A model generated the notes under the pieces. It made no database searches. It was given only the letters and a program-made list of their open reading frames with translations, and was not told the origin of the DNA. Source: an uncultured Verrucomicrobiae bacterium (lineage in GTDB: Bacteria > Verrucomicrobiota > Verrucomicrobiia > Limisphaerales > UBA11358). From it: a DNA stretch of 64,000 nt. Numbering within the stretch: position 1 is the stretch's first letter; each line of letters begins with the position of its first letter. Both the position numbers and the translations under genes were made by a program. Shown here piece by piece: positions 17,367 to 28,236 of the stretch. The stretch covers positions 37,749-101,748 of the forward strand of contig CAWHCL010000002.1 in NCBI GenBank assembly GCA_963827815.1, given 5' to 3'.

Positions 17367-17513
17367 AGGCTACAGCGTGATGTTACGGGCAGATTTCTTT
17401 CCTCTGCAAGCGAATTGCCGGATGCCGGAAGGAAGGTGAACACTAATTAAAACTGAAATGGAAAAGGCAGGTGTTCTTTAACCGCTAATGGACGCTAATA
17501 AACGCCAATAGAA

Positions 17514-17551
17514 AAACAGCAGAATTTGTGTTAATTGGTGAAATTCGTGTC
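17514..17551. repeat. AATTCGYG-type repeat locus (AAACAGCAGAATTTGTGTTAATTGGTGAAATTCGTGTC)
   Basis: 33/38 identical to 28150-28187. Lies 66 nt 3' of the stop of the 1727-aa gene. Confidence 0.8.
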
Positions 17552-17616
17552 AATACACCTTTGCGCTTTTTTGCGGCAACTGGATTTTGCGTTTAACCGC
17601 ATCCTGCCAGTCATGT

Positions 17617-20600
17617 TTACTGAACACCGACCCGGTAGAAATAGGGTCCGGCGTTGGTTGCGGTCGTGTCCGTGTAGCTGGTCGTGCCGGCCTGACCGAC
17701 TATGTTACTTTGAATGGTCGTGAATGGCGGTTGCGCGGACAAATCGCCGCTGCCCTGGATGAAATAATTCACACCTTCCACACTTTGCCAACTGACGGTC
17801 ATGCCCGGTGAATTAGTGGCGGCAACCGGAACCAGCATTGCCAAAACGGATGCGGGGTCGGTGGGATTCAAGCCGGCAATCCATTTCTGCAGGTTGTTCA
17901 TGCCAGTGCCGTCTGTGTCCGCATAATCCGCCGAACCGTCGGTCGGCAGGCCGTATTGCTGCAACCATGCATAGGAAATGATTGAGGCGGGGGTTTGATA
18001 TTCATAGGCACCGATGTCCACCGTGCCGCCGACGATGCGCGGGTTGCCGTCGAGGTCGGTGGCGGCGGTAACGCAGGTATTGTCGCCGGAGTTGATGCAG
18101 GGGGAGTTGGTTTGAAGGTGGAAATCCCCGCCGGCCGGATTCACCAATGCCGGGTCGTTCGTGATATTCCAAAGGCCCGGCGGCAATGGCGTCGTGCAAG
18201 AATTGTTGAAAGAATATCCGTAAATGCCGAGGTAGTCGCCATAATTGGCCAGCGCGCCGCCGCCGTCAAAATTATCCTGAACGACGCTATTGAAGACGGC
18301 ACAGGCGGCGATGCCGCAGGGGTCCGCCCCGGAATTTCCGACCACCGTGCAATTCACCAGAGTAGAAAGGAGCGCACCGCCGCCACCATAACCGAATTGA
18401 TAAGCCGAGTTACCCACCACGACGCAATTGACCAGCAGGTTTTCCTCCGCGCCGCCGCCGCCCCCGGGAGCGAAGTTGCCGGTGATGAGGCAGTTGGTCG
18501 CGTTGCCGTGTCCCAAACCGCCACCATAATATCCCGAATTGTTTGTCACGAGGCAATTATTCAGCGTGGAGTAAACTGCGCCACCGTAATCGCCCGCCGC
18601 GTTGCCGTTCAAAGTGCATCCGTCGAGAGTGCATCCCTGCGCCCCGCCGCCGTAGTAAGAGACCGAATTGCCGGCGAGCAGACAATTCGTGAGAGTGCAA
18701 TTGTCCGCGCCGCCGCCGGAACTGCCTACCGTGGCGGTGGAGGCATTTGCGGAAATCACACAATCATTCAGGCTGCTGGATTCGGCCCCGCCGCCTTCCC
18801 AATATGCGGAATTTCCAGAAATCGTTGTGCCGGTTATGGTGGAATTATTCGCACCGCCGCCATAGCTTGCCGAGTTGGAAAGCACCCCGCAATTGTTGAG
18901 AACGCATTGATCGGCCCCGCCGCCGTAGTTCGCCGCCGAATTGCTGATGAAAGCGCAGTTGAAAAACCAACCGCCTGACGCGCCACCGCCCGAATCACTG
19001 GCAGAATTGCCGGTCAGCAGACAGTTCGATACGACGATGCCCGCCGCTTCGCAGAAAACACCGCCGCCTTCGCCTGCCGAATAACCGTTCGTCAAGGTGA
19101 ATCCGGCCAGTTGTGTGCCGCGGGCCAGATACACGCAACGCAACGCGCCACCGCCGTCAATCGCCGTCAGCGCGGAACCGTTGACGCTGTGCAACGTCAA
19201 CGGCTTGATCACCGTGACGCGGTTCGTGGTCGAGCCATCCACCGATTCCATGCCGGTTTGATAAACGCCATTGCTGACCAGAACCGTGCTGCCGGCAAAA
19301 GCCGCGTCCACCGCGTCCTGAATGTTCGTCGCGGCCGTATCCCACGAAAGGTAAGGCGCGACAGGGTTTGTGCCGGCGAGCGAAACAAAGTAATTCCCCG
19401 CGACGACTTGAACGACGCAAGTCGAGTTGATGCCTTCCGGGAAATCGTCATTAAACGCCGTGAACACGACCGCGTAATGCCCCGGTGACGCCCATGCGTG
19501 CGACACGGCCAATTGATTGCTCGCGACGATCCCGTCACCGAAGTCCCAGACACTGTAACTGGCGTGACCGATGATTTGCCCGTAGAAATTCACCGTGAAA
19601 CCAACGGCGACGTTTGTATAGTCAGCCTGAATGACAACATCCAACGGGCCGGTGACTGCACCTGCGTAGAATTCATCACAGCCAATGGACGGCGGATTGA
19701 GCCACGCCTGGCCGTCAATGTCCATGCCGGTCGAATATTGCGCGCTGCCGGCGCCAATGCAGGGCGAGTTGGAACTGATGTGGGCGGAATCGGTGAGTTG
19801 CGGGTTGCCGGTGATATTGTCCGCGCCGCTGCCGGGAAGCGGCGTGGTGCAGCAGAAATTCAATGTGCCGCCCGAGTAATTGGCACCGCCCGGCGCGGAA
19901 TTAAAATAAACGATGCAATTGTCCAATGCGCTGCTGTCCGCGCCGCCGCCGGTCGCCGCCGAGTTACCTGACAAGGTGCAATTGTTGAGGGTGCAATTTT
20001 CCGCACCTCCACCGTTCTGCGAAGCCGAATTGCCAACCAGCGCGCAGTTGTCCAGGGTTGAGCTTCCCGCGCCGCCACCGTAGGACGCCGAATTGCCGGT
20101 CAACGTGCAGTTAACCAGCGTACTCGAATCAGCCCCACCGCTGTAAGGCGCTGAATTGTCCGCAAGCGAGCAATTCGTCAGCATGCAATAATAGGCTCCG
20201 CCGCCGGTGTCACCTGAACCGTTGGCAAAGTTGTTGACGAACAGGCAACCATTCGCCGTGCTGTTGTAGATGCCACCGCCATAACCGGCCGAATTACCGG
20301 CGAGCACGCAATTGTTGAGTGTGTCACCGCCTGCCCCGCCGCCAACGAAGCTTGAACAGTTGGTCAAAACACAATTGTTCAAAGTTCCGCCGACCGCCCC
20401 GCCGCCGGTGTCGGAGGCGGAACAACCGCTGATGACACAATTGGAGACAACTGCCGCGGCTGATTCACAATATACCCCGCCGCCGCTGTAAAAATGGTCA
20501 TCCAAATTTTCGTATTGATCAATGAGTGTTCCCCCGCCGGCCAATGTGAATCCCGCCAGAGTCACACTGCCAGCCAGATAAACACAACGCACGGCGGCAT

Positions 20601-22800
20601 TGCCGGCGGGCGTATTCGTATCTTGATAACCCTGAATCACCGTCACCGACGGGCCATTGACGCTTTGCACCGTGATGGGTTTTGTAACGACGACGAGATT
20701 GGTTGGCGATCCATAAACCACCCGGCCGCCGCTTTGATAGACACCATCGGTGACCAGAACCGTTCCTCCCGGAACCGCCTCATCCACCGCATCCTGAATG
20801 TTTGTCGCCGCCGTGCTCCAGGTGAGGAAGGGAGCAACCGGATTGGTGCAAGCGGCATCAACATAGTAAACCTGTTGAGTCGTCACAGACACCATCACGG
20901 TTGCGCTGATTCCACCAGGATTGCTGTCGTTATAGGCAGTCAGCACAACCGGATAGCTGCCCGCAGTTGTCCAACTGTGCGAAACAGACAACTGATTACT
21001 CACCATCGTTCCATCGCCAAAATCCCAATAACTGTCCGCGGTTTTGCCATAAACCAGCCCGCCGAAATTCGCCGCAATGCCCGGCGCCACATTCGTGTAG
21101 TCCACTTGAATTGCCACGCTCAACGACCCGCTGGCGACGCCGGCATGATATTCGTCGCAGCCGATGGACGGCGGGTTAAGCCACGGGTCGCCGTCAATGT
21201 CCACGCCGGTTGAATAATTCGTGCTGCCAGCGCCAATGCAGGGTGAAGCGGCGCTGACATGGGCTGTGTCGGCCAATTGAGGATCGCCGGTGATATTGTT
21301 CGTGCCGCCGCCGGGAAGCGGCGTGGTGCAGCAGAAATTCAATGTGCCGTCCGAGTAATTTGCCCCGCCCGACGCGGAATTAAAATAAACGATGCAATTG
21401 TTCATTACACTCGAATCAGCCCCGCCGCCGCTGACGGTGACTGAATTGAAAACGAGCGTGCAGTTGTTGAGCGTGCAATTTTCAGCGGCGCCGCCATGGT
21501 ATAAAGCCGCGTTGCCCGCCAGCGCGCAATTGTTCAACGCGCTGGAATCAGCGCCGCCGCCATTCAACGCCGTATTGCCGGTCAACGTGCAGTTGTTGAG
21601 CGTGCAGCCTTCCGCGCCGCCGCCATTCAATCCGGCCGGATTGTTTGACAGCACGCAGTTGTTCAAGGTTGAGCCTCCTCCCGCGCCGCCACCGTAGAAC
21701 CCCGAATTGCCGGTCAACGTGCAGTCAACCAGCGTACTCGAATCAGCGCCACCGCTGTAATACGCCGTATTGCCACCAAGCGAGCAATTGGTGAGCGTGC
21801 AACCCGCTGCGCCGCCGCCCTGAAAGCCCGAATTGCCGGTCAGCGTGCAGTTGTTCAACGTGCAATAATATGCACCAGTGCCGGAGTTACCCGACACGAG
21901 ACAATTGTCCAACGTGCTATAGCTCGCGCCGCTGCTTGAGTTACCCGAAATGGCGCAGTTAGTGGCCGAGCCACCGCTCAGGCCGCCGCCACCTTCCAAC
22001 GCGTTGTTTACCGAAATGACGCAGTCGTTCAACGTGCAATCCAACGCGCCTCCGCCCTGGCTGCCGGCCAAGTTGCCGGAAAGCGTGCAACGGTTCAGCA
22101 GGCTCGATGATGCGCCGCCGCCGCCGTAACCGTCGCCAGTATTATTTGTGAGGATGCAATCGTTGAGCGTGCAAGTGTCCACGCCACCGCCCATGCCGCC
22201 GCCATAACCGGCGTAGTTGCCGTCCAGCGTGCAATGGTTCAGGATGCAGCCTTCGGCGCCGCCGCCGGTGCCGGCCGAATTGGCGGACAAGATGCAATTG
22301 TTCAATGTCGCCTGAAATGCGCCGCCGCCATCCACGGCCGTGCCACCGGTGACGATGCAGTTCGTCAAAATTGAGTTTGTGGATTCGCTAAACACGCCAC
22401 CACCGCTGTCTGAAGCCGTTCCATTGGTCAAAGTGAAGCCATCCATCGAGACCGTATTCGACAGGTAGAGGCAACGCAACGCGCCGCCGCCGTCAATCAC
22501 TGTCGCCTCGGGGCCGTTGACGCTTCGCACCGTGACGGCTTTGTTGATGACCACGCGATTGGTCAGCGAACCATAAACGGCACGACCGCCAGTCTGATAA
22601 ACTCCATCCGTCACAAGAATCAAATCGCCGTCACTGGACGCATCAACGGCGTCCTGAATATTCGTCGCGGCGGTGCTCCAACTGGCGTACGGTTGTGTGG
22701 GATTGGCGCTGTTCAAATCCACATACAACACCGCAGCCGGGGAAGAACAGGCAGCAAATCCACACAACACAATAGCCGGGAATATGGACCTTGGGTTCAT
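17617..22800 (-). CDS. Giant secreted parallel beta-helix (Pmp-like GGGA repeat) / PKD-domain protein, internally triplicated
   Basis: Signal peptide [23 protein letters not shown]. Dozens of xNCxLxGNSAxxGGGA repeats. PKD-like WDFGDGT..SHSW..G.Y.V.LTA.N occurs twice. There are three module starts: [11 protein letters not shown].., [11 protein letters not shown].., [11 protein letters not shown].. The C-terminal domain ends FYRVGVQ. Confidence 0.9.
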   Translation of the reverse strand: MNPRSIFPAIVLCGFAACSSPAAVLYVDLNSANPTQPYASWSTAATNIQDAVDASSDGDLILVTDGVYQTGGRAVYGSLTNRVVINKAVTVRSVNGPEATVIDGGGALRCLYLSNTVSMDGFTLTNGTASDSGGGVFSESTNSILTNCIVTGGTAVDGGGAFQATLNNCILSANSAGTGGGAEGCILNHCTLDGNYAGYGGGMGGGVDTCTLNDCILTNNTGDGYGGGGASSSLLNRCTLSGNLAGSQGGGALDCTLNDCVISVNNALEGGGGLSGGSATNCAISGNSSSGASYSTLDNCLVSGNSGTGAYYCTLNNCTLTGNSGFQGGGAAGCTLTNCSLGGNTAYYSGGADSSTLVDCTLTGNSGFYGGGAGGGSTLNNCVLSNNPAGLNGGGAEGCTLNNCTLTGNTALNGGGADSSALNNCALAGNAALYHGGAAENCTLNNCTLVFNSVTVSGGGADSSVMNNCIVYFNSASGGANYSDGTLNFCCTTPLPGGGTNNITGDPQLADTAHVSAASPCIGAGSTNYSTGVDIDGDPWLNPPSIGCDEYHAGVASGSLSVAIQVDYTNVAPGIAANFGGLVYGKTADSYWDFGDGTMVSNQLSVSHSWTTAGSYPVVLTAYNDSNPGGISATVMVSVTTQQVYYVDAACTNPVAPFLTWSTAATNIQDAVDEAVPGGTVLVTDGVYQSGGRVVYGSPTNLVVVTKPITVQSVNGPSVTVIQGYQDTNTPAGNAAVRCVYLAGSVTLAGFTLAGGGTLIDQYENLDDHFYSGGGVYCESAAAVVSNCVISGCSASDTGGGAVGGTLNNCVLTNCSSFVGGGAGGDTLNNCVLAGNSAGYGGGIYNSTANGCLFVNNFANGSGDTGGGAYYCMLTNCSLADNSAPYSGGADSSTLVNCTLTGNSASYGGGAGSSTLDNCALVGNSASQNGGGAENCTLNNCTLSGNSAATGGGADSSALDNCIVYFNSAPGGANYSGGTLNFCCTTPLPGSGADNITGNPQLTDSAHISSNSPCIGAGSAQYSTGMDIDGQAWLNPPSIGCDEFYAGAVTGPLDVVIQADYTNVAVGFTVNFYGQIIGHASYSVWDFGDGIVASNQLAVSHAWASPGHYAVVFTAFNDDFPEGINSTCVVQVVAGNYFVSLAGTNPVAPYLSWDTAATNIQDAVDAAFAGSTVLVSNGVYQTGMESVDGSTTNRVTVIKPLTLHSVNGSALTAIDGGGALRCVYLARGTQLAGFTLTNGYSAGEGGGVFCEAAGIVVSNCLLTGNSASDSGGGASGGWFFNCAFISNSAANYGGGADQCVLNNCGVLSNSASYGGGANNSTITGTTISGNSAYWEGGGAESSSLNDCVISANASTATVGSSGGGADNCTLTNCLLAGNSVSYYGGGAQGCTLDGCTLNGNAAGDYGGAVYSTLNNCLVTNNSGYYGGGLGHGNATNCLITGNFAPGGGGGAEENLLVNCVVVGNSAYQFGYGGGGALLSTLVNCTVVGNSGADPCGIAACAVFNSVVQDNFDGGGALANYGDYLGIYGYSFNNSCTTPLPPGLWNITNDPALVNPAGGDFHLQTNSPCINSGDNTCVTAATDLDGNPRIVGGTVDIGAYEYQTPASIISYAWLQQYGLPTDGSADYADTDGTGMNNLQKWIAGLNPTDPASVLAMLVPVAATNSPGMTVSWQSVEGVNYFIQGSGDLSAQPPFTTIQSNIVGQAGTTSYTDTTATNAGPYFYRVGVQ

Positions 22801-22830
22801 GTTGCTTTTATTTGATTTTCAGATTCGTAT

Positions 22831-22867
22831 GTTGAATATGCCCATTTGCCGACCGAGTCGAGAAATA
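22831..22867 (-). repeat. Upstream motif family 2, copy
   Basis: gttgaatatgcccatttgccgaccgagtcgagaaata, 31 nt 5' of the ATG (22800) of the giant gene. Confidence 0.75.
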
Positions 22868-22981
22868 TTGGACACCCGCCTTCATTTCATTTCGGCGCGG
22901 CAGGCGAATTACACTAACAATCAACGCGCCACCCCACCCCAACCCCTCTCCCCTGCACGCATTGGCCTGTGCGGCCCGCAC

Positions 22982-23560
22982 CTAGACCCTTAGCCAGCCG
23001 CGGAACCCCCTGCCGCCGTAGTAAGACTCCGCGCAGTTGTGATAAAAAAAAACACGGCCGAAGCGGCGATCACCAAAGAGCGCACCGCCGAGTTTTCTCA
23101 TATCCGCAGGCGCTTTCACCCAGCTCGACGATTTCGTATCGAACTCTCCCAGTTTTTGCAGCTCCAGATATTGTTCTTCCGTCAAAAGCTCAACGCCCAT
23201 GGCTGCGGCCATGTCCATGGCATTGTTTTTCGGCTTGAATTCCTTCCGCGAATCCAGCGCTTCACGGTCGTAACAAAGGCTGGTGCGGCCCTTGGGACTT
23301 TGGGCGGAACAATCATAAAAAACGTATGCGCCCGTTTTTTTATCATGACACACCACATCCGGTTCACCGCCGGTGCGTTCCATTTCATTGAGCGACCACA
23401 GTTTTTCGGCACGGGCTTCCAGCCGTGCTTGCACGCTGGTCCATTCCAGACCTTTATGGCGGTTCAAGTTTTTCTCAAAACGGGATTTCAACGCCGCGAG
23501 AAGTTCTTCACGTTGTTTCGGTGACAACTGCTTGGTGATGTTTGGCATTGGTTGAATCAT
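22982..23560 (-). CDS. DUF4256 domain-containing protein
   Basis: MERTGGEPDVV, FYDCSAQSPKGRTSLCYD, FDTKSSSWVKAP and FYHNCAESYYGGRGFRGWLRV match the DUF4256 pattern. The start ATG overlaps the AKR stop (ATGA). Confidence 0.85.
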   Translation of the reverse strand: MIQPMPNITKQLSPKQREELLAALKSRFEKNLNRHKGLEWTSVQARLEARAEKLWSLNEMERTGGEPDVVCHDKKTGAYVFYDCSAQSPKGRTSLCYDREALDSRKEFKPKNNAMDMAAAMGVELLTEEQYLELQKLGEFDTKSSSWVKAPADMRKLGGALFGDRRFGRVFFYHNCAESYYGGRGFRGWLRV

Positions 23561-24579
23561 TGTTTGATGCGGTCGAACAGACCGCCGTGCAGAATGTCGC
23601 GCACGAACGGACGATGCAGAAAGTCCGTGGGGAAACCAATTTCAATCCGGCTGATCTCGTCCAACTGCGCGAGCTGCTTCGCGTTCAGCGACCATTTGAC
23701 GCAGTCCAGGTTGTCCTGCAACTGCGACAGCTTGCGCGCGCCGATGATGGGAATGCTGCTGCGCCGGGCGCGCAGCCAGTTGAGCGCGACCTGGGCGGGA
23801 GATTTACCGGCGGCTTTCGCGACTTTGACCACGGTTTTGGCGATGGCCACATTACGTTCGGTGCGCCGCGCGAATTGCGGCGTCTTGTCGAGGCGCTTTT
23901 CCTCCTTCGATTTGCCGGCGTATTTTCCCGTGAGCCAGCCGCCCGCCAGCGGCGACCACGGCGTGACGGTGAGTCCCAGCGCCTCGGCCATCGGCAACAG
24001 TTCACGTTCCGGCGTGCGCTCGATGAGATTGTATTCGATTTGCAGGCCGACGAATTGCGTCCAGCCGCGCAGTTCGGCGAGCGTGTTCGCACGCGCCACC
24101 CACCACGCGGGCGCGTCGGAAATGCCGATGTAAAGCACCTTGCCCGCGCGCACAAAATCGTCGAAGGCGCGCATGACTTCCCCGACCGGCGTCAATTCAT
24201 CCCACGCGTGCATCCAGTAGAGGTCAACGCGGTCGGTGCCGAGGCGCTTCAGGCTGCCTTCGAGCGCCTGCGCCATGTTTTTGCGATGGTTGCCGCCCGC
24301 ATTGGGATCGCCAGGCCGCTGATTAAAGGAGAACTTGGTGGCGACGACAAACTGGTCGCGCCGGCCGCGAATGAATTCGCCCACGTACTTTTCGCTCGTG
24401 CCAGCGGTGTAACCATCGGCGGTATCGAGGAAATTGCCACCCGCGCTGACATAGGCGTCAAAGACTGCCTTGGATTCGTCTTTGTTCGAGCCCCAGCCCC
24501 ATTCCTCGCCGAAAGTCATCGTGCCGAGGCACAGTTCAGAAACGCGCAGGCCGGATTTGCCGAGAAGTTGGTAGTTCAT
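23557..24579 (-). CDS. Aldo/keto reductase
   Basis: MNYQLLGKSGLRVSELCLGTMTFG, NFLDTADGYT, DLYWMHAWD and YIGISDAP are classic AKR motifs. Confidence 0.92.
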   Translation of the reverse strand: MNYQLLGKSGLRVSELCLGTMTFGEEWGWGSNKDESKAVFDAYVSAGGNFLDTADGYTAGTSEKYVGEFIRGRRDQFVVATKFSFNQRPGDPNAGGNHRKNMAQALEGSLKRLGTDRVDLYWMHAWDELTPVGEVMRAFDDFVRAGKVLYIGISDAPAWWVARANTLAELRGWTQFVGLQIEYNLIERTPERELLPMAEALGLTVTPWSPLAGGWLTGKYAGKSKEEKRLDKTPQFARRTERNVAIAKTVVKVAKAAGKSPAQVALNWLRARRSSIPIIGARKLSQLQDNLDCVKWSLNAKQLAQLDEISRIEIGFPTDFLHRPFVRDILHGGLFDRIKQ

Positions 24580-24640
24580 AAATGAGCCTTGTCTTATTTA
24601 CCACCACCTTCCCGCAATTCCAGAAAAATTCAAGCCTTCA

Positions 24641-24674
24641 GTCAAACCACCGCCATGCCGGGCGGTGGTTTGAC
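24641..24674 (-). terminator. Strong hairpin (14-bp perfect stem), candidate terminator after the SRPBCC locus
   Basis: gtcaaaccaccgcc - atgccg - ggcggtggtttgac, 27 nt 3' of the reconstructed SRPBCC stop (24701-24703). There is no immediate U-run, so terminator function is uncertain. Confidence 0.4.
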
Positions 24675-24700
24675 TTTCGGGCAGGCTTTGGAGCGGGTCA

Positions 24701-25144
24701 TCAACGGCCGGCGAAGATGTTGAGTCCCTTGCCGGTTTCCAGGAAGGATTTCATGCTGGAGAGCACGCGCGGCCAGCCCCAGGAAACCCCCGCAGCATCT
24801 TCGAACCCGCCTTCAATTTGTCGTGCGTCACCTTGAGGCAAGTCATGTCCTCAATCCGCTCGATCTCAAACGTGACGCGCGATTTGTCGGCGAGATTGTC
24901 CGGATCGGCCCAGCGAAATCACGAGGCGTTTGGGCGGAGTGCATTCCAGAACCTTGCCGGTGATCCAGACGGGGTCCGCCTCTTTTTCAAAGACGTGCTC
25001 CCATTTCGAACCTTTCTTCCAGTCCGAAACATTTTTGGCGCCGCCCCAATATTGGCGGGTGAATTCCGGTTTGGTGATCGCGTCCCACAATTTTTTCGGC
25101 GTGGTGCGAATGTAGGTTGAATAAACTAACTTTGGTTTTTCCAT
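24701..25144 (-). pseudogene. SRPBCC / AHSA1-like (Aha1 domain) gene with two frameshifts
   Basis: MEKPKLVYSTYIRTTPKKLWDAITKPEFTRQYWGG..VLECTPPKRLVIS runs in one frame. WADPDNLADKSRVTFEIERIEDMTCLKVTHDKLKAGSKML is in a second frame. SWGWPRVLSSMKSFLETGKGLNIFAGR returns to the first frame. Shifts are near 24905-24912 and 24786-24796 (a C5 run). Confidence 0.8.
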
Positions 25145-25476
25145 GATGTCATCCTTTCTTGTTGGTTTTGGTTTTGTTCGAGACCTTTTTTCAGATCGCT
25201 CAGCGCCTGAAGGCGATGGCGTTCGTATTTGCCAATCCAGCGCTCGGAGATCTCGTGGATCGGCACCGGATTGAGATAATGCAGCTTCTCGCGCCCGCGC
25301 CAGACCACGGCGACCAGGTTCGCCGCTTCCAGCAGCAGCAGATGCTTGGTGACCGCCTGCCGCGTCATGTCGAGGTGCGCGCACAATTCGCCGAGCGTCT
25401 GCCCGTTGCTCTTGTGCAACTGGTCCAGCAGCTTTCGCCGGCTCTCGTCCGCCAGGGCTTTGAATACTGCATCCAT
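25126..25476 (-). CDS. ArsR/SmtB-family HTH transcriptional regulator
   Basis: MDAVFKALADESRRKLLDQL..QTLGELCAHLDMTRQAVTKHLLLLEAANLV is a winged HTH. It overlaps the SRPBCC start by 19 nt, a typical ArsR-SRPBCC pair. Confidence 0.85.
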   Translation of the reverse strand: MDAVFKALADESRRKLLDQLHKSNGQTLGELCAHLDMTRQAVTKHLLLLEAANLVAVVWRGREKLHYLNPVPIHEISERWIGKYERHRLQALSDLKKGLEQNQNQQERMTSWKNQS

Positions 25477-25753
25477 CACGCCCGATAATATGCAACCTTT
25501 TGGTTGCATGTCAAGCGCCAAACCAAAAAAAGATTTTTTCTGATAACAACAAAGGAACAAAGACACGAAGATTTTAATGACGCAGCAGCCAGACGTAAGT
25601 CGGTTCCATCATCTCCCCCGCGCCGCAATCAGAATGAGCGGACTCACGTCCGCTGCCACGAAAACAATCGCAGGAGTCGAGGTCACCAGACCCTCCTGGC
25701 TCAATTCCGAATTCCGAATTTGAAATGAGACTCCTTACGTCGTCTCCCACCGG

Positions 25754-27893
25754 CTATTGGGCGGTCAGCGTCAGCCGCATGTAGAGTTGGGGGCTGGTCA
25801 TGGGCATGCTGAAAATGTGAGCTGGGCGGCGTGGCGGTGGGGTCGCCGGTGTCGGGGACGGCGTGCCAGTCGTTGGGCAGCATGGTCGCGCTCCACTGCG
25901 CGCCATAGGTGATGCCGCTCACCCCGCCAGGTTCGGTGAAGCTGTAGAAAAGATTGCCGCCGCCCATCTGCACCTGCGGGAGTTGGGCCGGAGCTGGCCG
26001 TGCTGGGATCCTGATACGGCCCGAGATAGGCGAAGCACCTGGATATTCTGGACACCGGTATGGTAAGGATCCGCATTCAAGGCGGCACTGGCGCTGGCCG
26101 GGTCGCCAAACCACGTCTGCTGCCAGCTTGAGGGATTCGCCAGCGTGACGAAAAAGCCGGTCACGCTGTAGCTGACCCCCTGGCTGTTGGTGGCATAGGC
26201 CGCAAAGGAGTAAACGGTGTCCGGCGTGAGGCCGCTGACATTGACCGTGAAGGCACCCGTCGTGCCGGTTCCGGTGGCGGTGGTGGCCACGCCGTCGCCG
26301 ATCTGCGGGTTGCTGTCAACGGACAGTGGGCGCATAGACCACACCGACGCCGGTGATGGCCGCGCCGCCATCGCTCTCCACAATGCCACCGAGCGTGGCC
26401 GTCGTGGCGGTGACATTTGTGGACGTGGGCGTATCCACCGTCGGGATGGTGGGCGCCTCCACAGTAATCTGCACCACGGCGTTGGTGCTGGTTCCGTTCG
26501 GACTTACCAGATGATAGGTGAAAGTGTCCGGAGGGGTGCCATTTTCGGAATCAATGGCGGCACTGATATAGCCCGGTTTGGGCGTATAGCTGAATGATCC
26601 GTCCGCGTTCAGCGCAAACGAGGATGCATAGTGCGGCCCGTTTGACGAGGGCTGCGGACACGCCCGTGTTGAAATCGGCATATTGAATGAGCGTTCCCGC
26701 CGGCTCGCTGAGCGTCTCCTGATAAGGCGTTGTGGAAGGTCAGCATGGCCGGCGGAACCGCCGCCGTTTTCAAGGGGACCGGCAGGGTGATCAGGATGGG
26801 GGTGACCGTGGGATAATGCTCCCCGATTATGGGATTCGGGATGACGGCCGTCATGGCCGAGCCATCCTGCGAGATGCTGACAGGCCCCGCGAAGCCGGTG
26901 GCACTGGGCGCGATGCCGTTGGCAGAAAGGAGATTGGCCACCGTGCCGCTGCCGGTTCCAGGCGACCAGATCGCCGCGTAATTCAAGAGGCCTTTGGTTC
27001 CCACCGCTTCACTTCCATCCGCCGTGCAGGCGGCTGGCGAAAAGTCTCCCAGGTCTTGGAACCCGGTCGTCGTGTTGTAGCGAAAGCCACCCCAGCCGTT
27101 GCCGATGGACAGAGTGCCAAACAAAGTCGTCCCGTCATCGCTGATGCAAGCGGGCTGTAGATAGATAAAACTCGCTCCCACGGCGCTGGCGGGAATGCCG
27201 ATGTCGGTCATTCCACTCGCCGCCTTCCAGAGAAACCCGTGCTTGTCTCCGTTATCAAGCGTGTAATAGCCGGCGACGATCGTGCCATCCTTGCTGATCG
27301 CGGTCGCGTAAGTTTGCTGGTTCGTCGTTCCCGGAAAAAATCCGAGGGAGGTGAACGTCCCGCTGGCGATGCTATAGACGTAGCTTTCCACTTCGCCGTA
27401 GATGACGGCATTGTTGTAGTCCTGCACCACGAGAGTGCTGCCATCTCCGGAGATGGCAGTCACGGTCATCGCGGTCGCGGTCGGGTCGTCCGGCGGAGCG
27501 GGCACGAGCGACTCCACGCCGTTCGTCCAGTAAGTCGCGTAAGATGGCTTGAAATCCGTTCGTGAGCGTGCCGGTCGTGCTGCCGGCCACGACCGAGCCG
27601 TCGTGGCTGATGGCGGTCGCGGCGCCCCAGTAGTTAAGGTGGATGCCGTAAAGGCTGGAAACGAAGCCCATTCCGACCGGAAGACCGGCCCAGCCGGTGG
27701 CGGGCTGGTAGATCACAGGCGCTGCGGATTGGAAGCCGGGGGATGCCGTTCCCGCGAAGATGCCGCCATTTGCCGCCGCGGTCGGGGAGATATTGTATCC
27801 GCCCAACATGTTCGTTTCCGAATATTGGGCCAGCAGCAGCGCCGGGGTGCCGGCAATGATAAACGCGAGGGTGCGAAGGAGGTTGCGCCGCAT
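25754..27893 (-). pseudogene. HAF-repeat extracellular protein gene, heavily frameshifted (at least 6 shifts)
   Basis: Signal peptide MRRNLLRTLAFIIAGTPALLLA. ISHDGSVVAG, ISGDGSTLVV, ISKDGTIVAGY and ISDDGTTLFG are HAF-type repeats. The reading frame must switch through ORFs 27372..27893, 26609..27517, 26316..26681, 25919..26416, 25798..26076 and 25701..26114, then to a final frame ending MPMTSPQLYMRLTLTAQ* (stop 25754-25756). Confidence 0.8.
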
Positions 27894-28083
27894 CCGGGCA
27901 AGCTGGCGAAAAGTAAAAGGAGCAGTTCGTTTTCATGGCTGGCACCTTTGGTTTGGCCGATGGTTATTTATTATTTGCCACCCGCCCATGTTGAACAAAG
28001 CACGGACTATGCCGGATTCTGAAATCTTTTCCATATTTAGCCACCTAATGTAGATTATAACTGAACTTGGGGCGCGGCGTCAA

Positions 28084-28120
28084 GTGGAATCCGCCCATTT
28101 CGGCACCAAGTCGAGACAGA
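28084..28120 (-). repeat. Upstream motif family 2, copy
   Basis: gtggaatccgcccatttcggcaccaagtcgagacaga, about 190 nt 5' of the HAF gene start (27893). Confidence 0.65.
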
Positions 28121-28149
28121 TTGAACACGAATTTATTCCTTAGTGCGGC

Positions 28150-28187
28150 AAACAGAAGTATTTGCGTTAATTCGTGAAATTCGTGTG
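28150..28187. repeat. AATTCGYG-type repeat locus (AAACAGAAGTATTTGCGTTAATTCGTGAAATTCGTGTG)
   Basis: 33/38 identical to 17514-17551. Contains tandem aattcgtg aaattcgtg. Lies 50 nt 3' of the M48 gene stop. Confidence 0.8.
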
Positions 28188-28236
28188 CAGGGTCTTTTCA
28201 TACGGCCAACTGGACACCATCGGGGTGTCCAGTTGC

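Noticed and set aside
23542-24585. A 347-aa plus-strand ORF antisense to the aldo/keto reductase gene (also 23552..24133)
   Set aside because: Shadow ORF. Arg/Ala-rich low-information sequence opposite a canonical AKR.
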